Under the pieces are notes generated by a model. The model saw nothing but the letters and a program-made list of their open reading frames with translations, made no database searches and had not been told where the DNA came from. 63,574 nt of DNA from Octopus bimaculoides. Lineage: Eukaryota. The stretch lies in NCBI RefSeq assembly GCF_001194135.2, contig NC_069001.1, positions 32,032,912 to 32,096,485 of the forward strand, given 5' to 3'. Position 1 is the stretch's first letter. Each line of letters begins with the position of its first letter. Positions 61,983-63,574 of this stretch are shown here, piece after piece. Made by a program: the position numbers and the translations under genes.

Positions 61983-63512
61983 GTATATATATGTACATAT
62001 ATACATATGTACATACACACATATATACATTTGGTGTCTAAAAATAATCTATTATATTTTTATAATTAAATATTATTAGGAATTGTATAAAATATCGTTA
62101 AAGTATTTTGTGTATTGTAGAAGTATAACCAATTTATTGCACATAAATTTTAACAACAAAATCTTATTTGGATCCCCAAGGGCCATATGGACCCTAACCA
62201 CTGTGTCAGGTGAACAGGATTCCTGATGAATTCATGTTGCAGATCCAGGAATTGATGTCTCAGTTTCTGACCTTGTTATCATTCATTTTTTTAGTCTCAG
62301 ACAAAGACTGTACCAAAACTACCTTTGTTGCCAGCTAAATGTCAAGATTTTTAATACTAAATAAGAAAAAAAAATAGTCTGAGGAAAGTAGAAGATTCTT
62401 GTGTCTGTAAAAATTATTTAGTAAAGTTCATAGTTTCTTTCCAAGAAAGAGCTTTGCTTCAAACATCTCTCATTTCCTTGCAGTATATGAACTTAAGCAA
62501 GTTTATGAATACCAAACAAAGTCAGTTAATAAATATATATATTCCTAAATAAGAATTTAATACTAGCAGTCATATATTTTCACTAAACGTACAGTGGGAT
62601 ATTGGTGTTGAACCTTAATTAAATATGAACACTAACCCCTATGTCATGAAATAATCTCCCAGTACTCTGTCCAATAGTGAAATCTCATGTTAATAGTAAG
62701 AGTAAGTAATGTAAGTTGTGTTTTGAGTGCTAGAACCCATAGTGGCCATTAACCACTTTCCATGGCGTGTAAGTGAAGGAGTTCATAACCTCCTGCCTGA
62801 ACAGGATGCCAGTCTGTTGCAAAGGTTACTCACTCACAGCTGAGTGGATCAGAGCAGCATGAAGAGAAGTGTTTGGCTCAAGAACACAACATACTGCTAG
62901 CTCTGGGAATTGAAACCACAATCTTGTAATCACGAGTGCAACACCTTAGCCATTAGGCCATGTGCCTTCACAAATAACAAGAGGAGCAAGAATTGCATCA
63001 TGTTTTCTAGTTTGTCACTCCTTTTACTCCTTTAACTACCAGCTCGTTTGGTGTCTTGAACAGCAGAAGCTACACTACTCAAACAATAAAGCCAGGTCTT
63101 TATTTCTGAGTCAAGCTGTTTTCTTCATTTCCTTGCCAACCAATTTTAGAGTCTCCTCTAAAATGTCAAAAGTGCAACCACTTCTTGTCCTTTGAAGCCA
63201 AAAAGACAATTTTTAAATACTGTTGATTCATTTACAGACACTAACAAAACTATCAAATTCTTGATTTTTTTTCATTCAGTTCCCAGCCCTTGGCATCAAT
63301 GTTATTTTTAAACACTTTTCTACCTCACCATAGCTAAAATGGAATTTATTTTACAACACAACTTTTGTGCTGCCTTCAGATTTAAAATTTTTTTTTTTTT
63401 TCTTGTATCCAAATTGGTATGTTTTTATTAGTTAGAACTGCTTTTATTAGTGCAATTAGCCATTCTATCATACATTTCCAACTATTTTCAGTAATGAAAC
63501 TAAAGTTCATAC

Positions 63513-63574
63513 CTTTGGAAGGTTGACTTCATGGTAGTGCAAGTTGGTCAGCAGAGAACTACCTTTGCCACCCA
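63513..63574 (-). CDS. Candidate partial exon at the window edge (..GGKGSSLLTNLHYHEVNLPK)
   Basis: AAG|GTATGA donor; one frame open to the window edge. Confidence 0.3.

Overview
Eukaryotic, AT-rich, microsatellite- and SINE-dense genomic DNA with many N gaps. The repeat families look like those of Octopus (inference). The + strand from about 1.7 to 39.2 kb holds the 3' ~three quarters of a complement C3-like thioester-protein gene. I assembled 29 coding exons by hand (about 1,275 codons visible). All junctions are GT-AG and phase-consistent, except one exon that runs into a gap. Domains in order: MG4-MG6, furin site RTKR, anaphylatoxin (ANATO) domain, MG7, CUB, thioester domain with intact GCGEQ and the catalytic His (PVIHTEM), MG8 with a Cys-rich insertion, and C345C/NTR ending at a stop at 39191. 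The 5' exons lie upstream of the window. The protein looks divergent: a basic rather than acidic alpha'NT, a degenerate FPESW motif, an extra RPRR motif in the CUB loop, and no factor-I R|S sites. The introns contain tRNA-derived SINEs, RTE-type tails, a dead DD37D mariner-family transposase, a SINE-derived 33-bp minisatellite, an artefactual exon duplication, and Penelope-type minimal hammerhead ribozyme motifs on both strands. Downstream (39-63.5 kb) are MITEs, long palindromes, degenerate satellites and several splice-signal-supported candidate exons of one or more unidentified minus-strand genes (low confidence).
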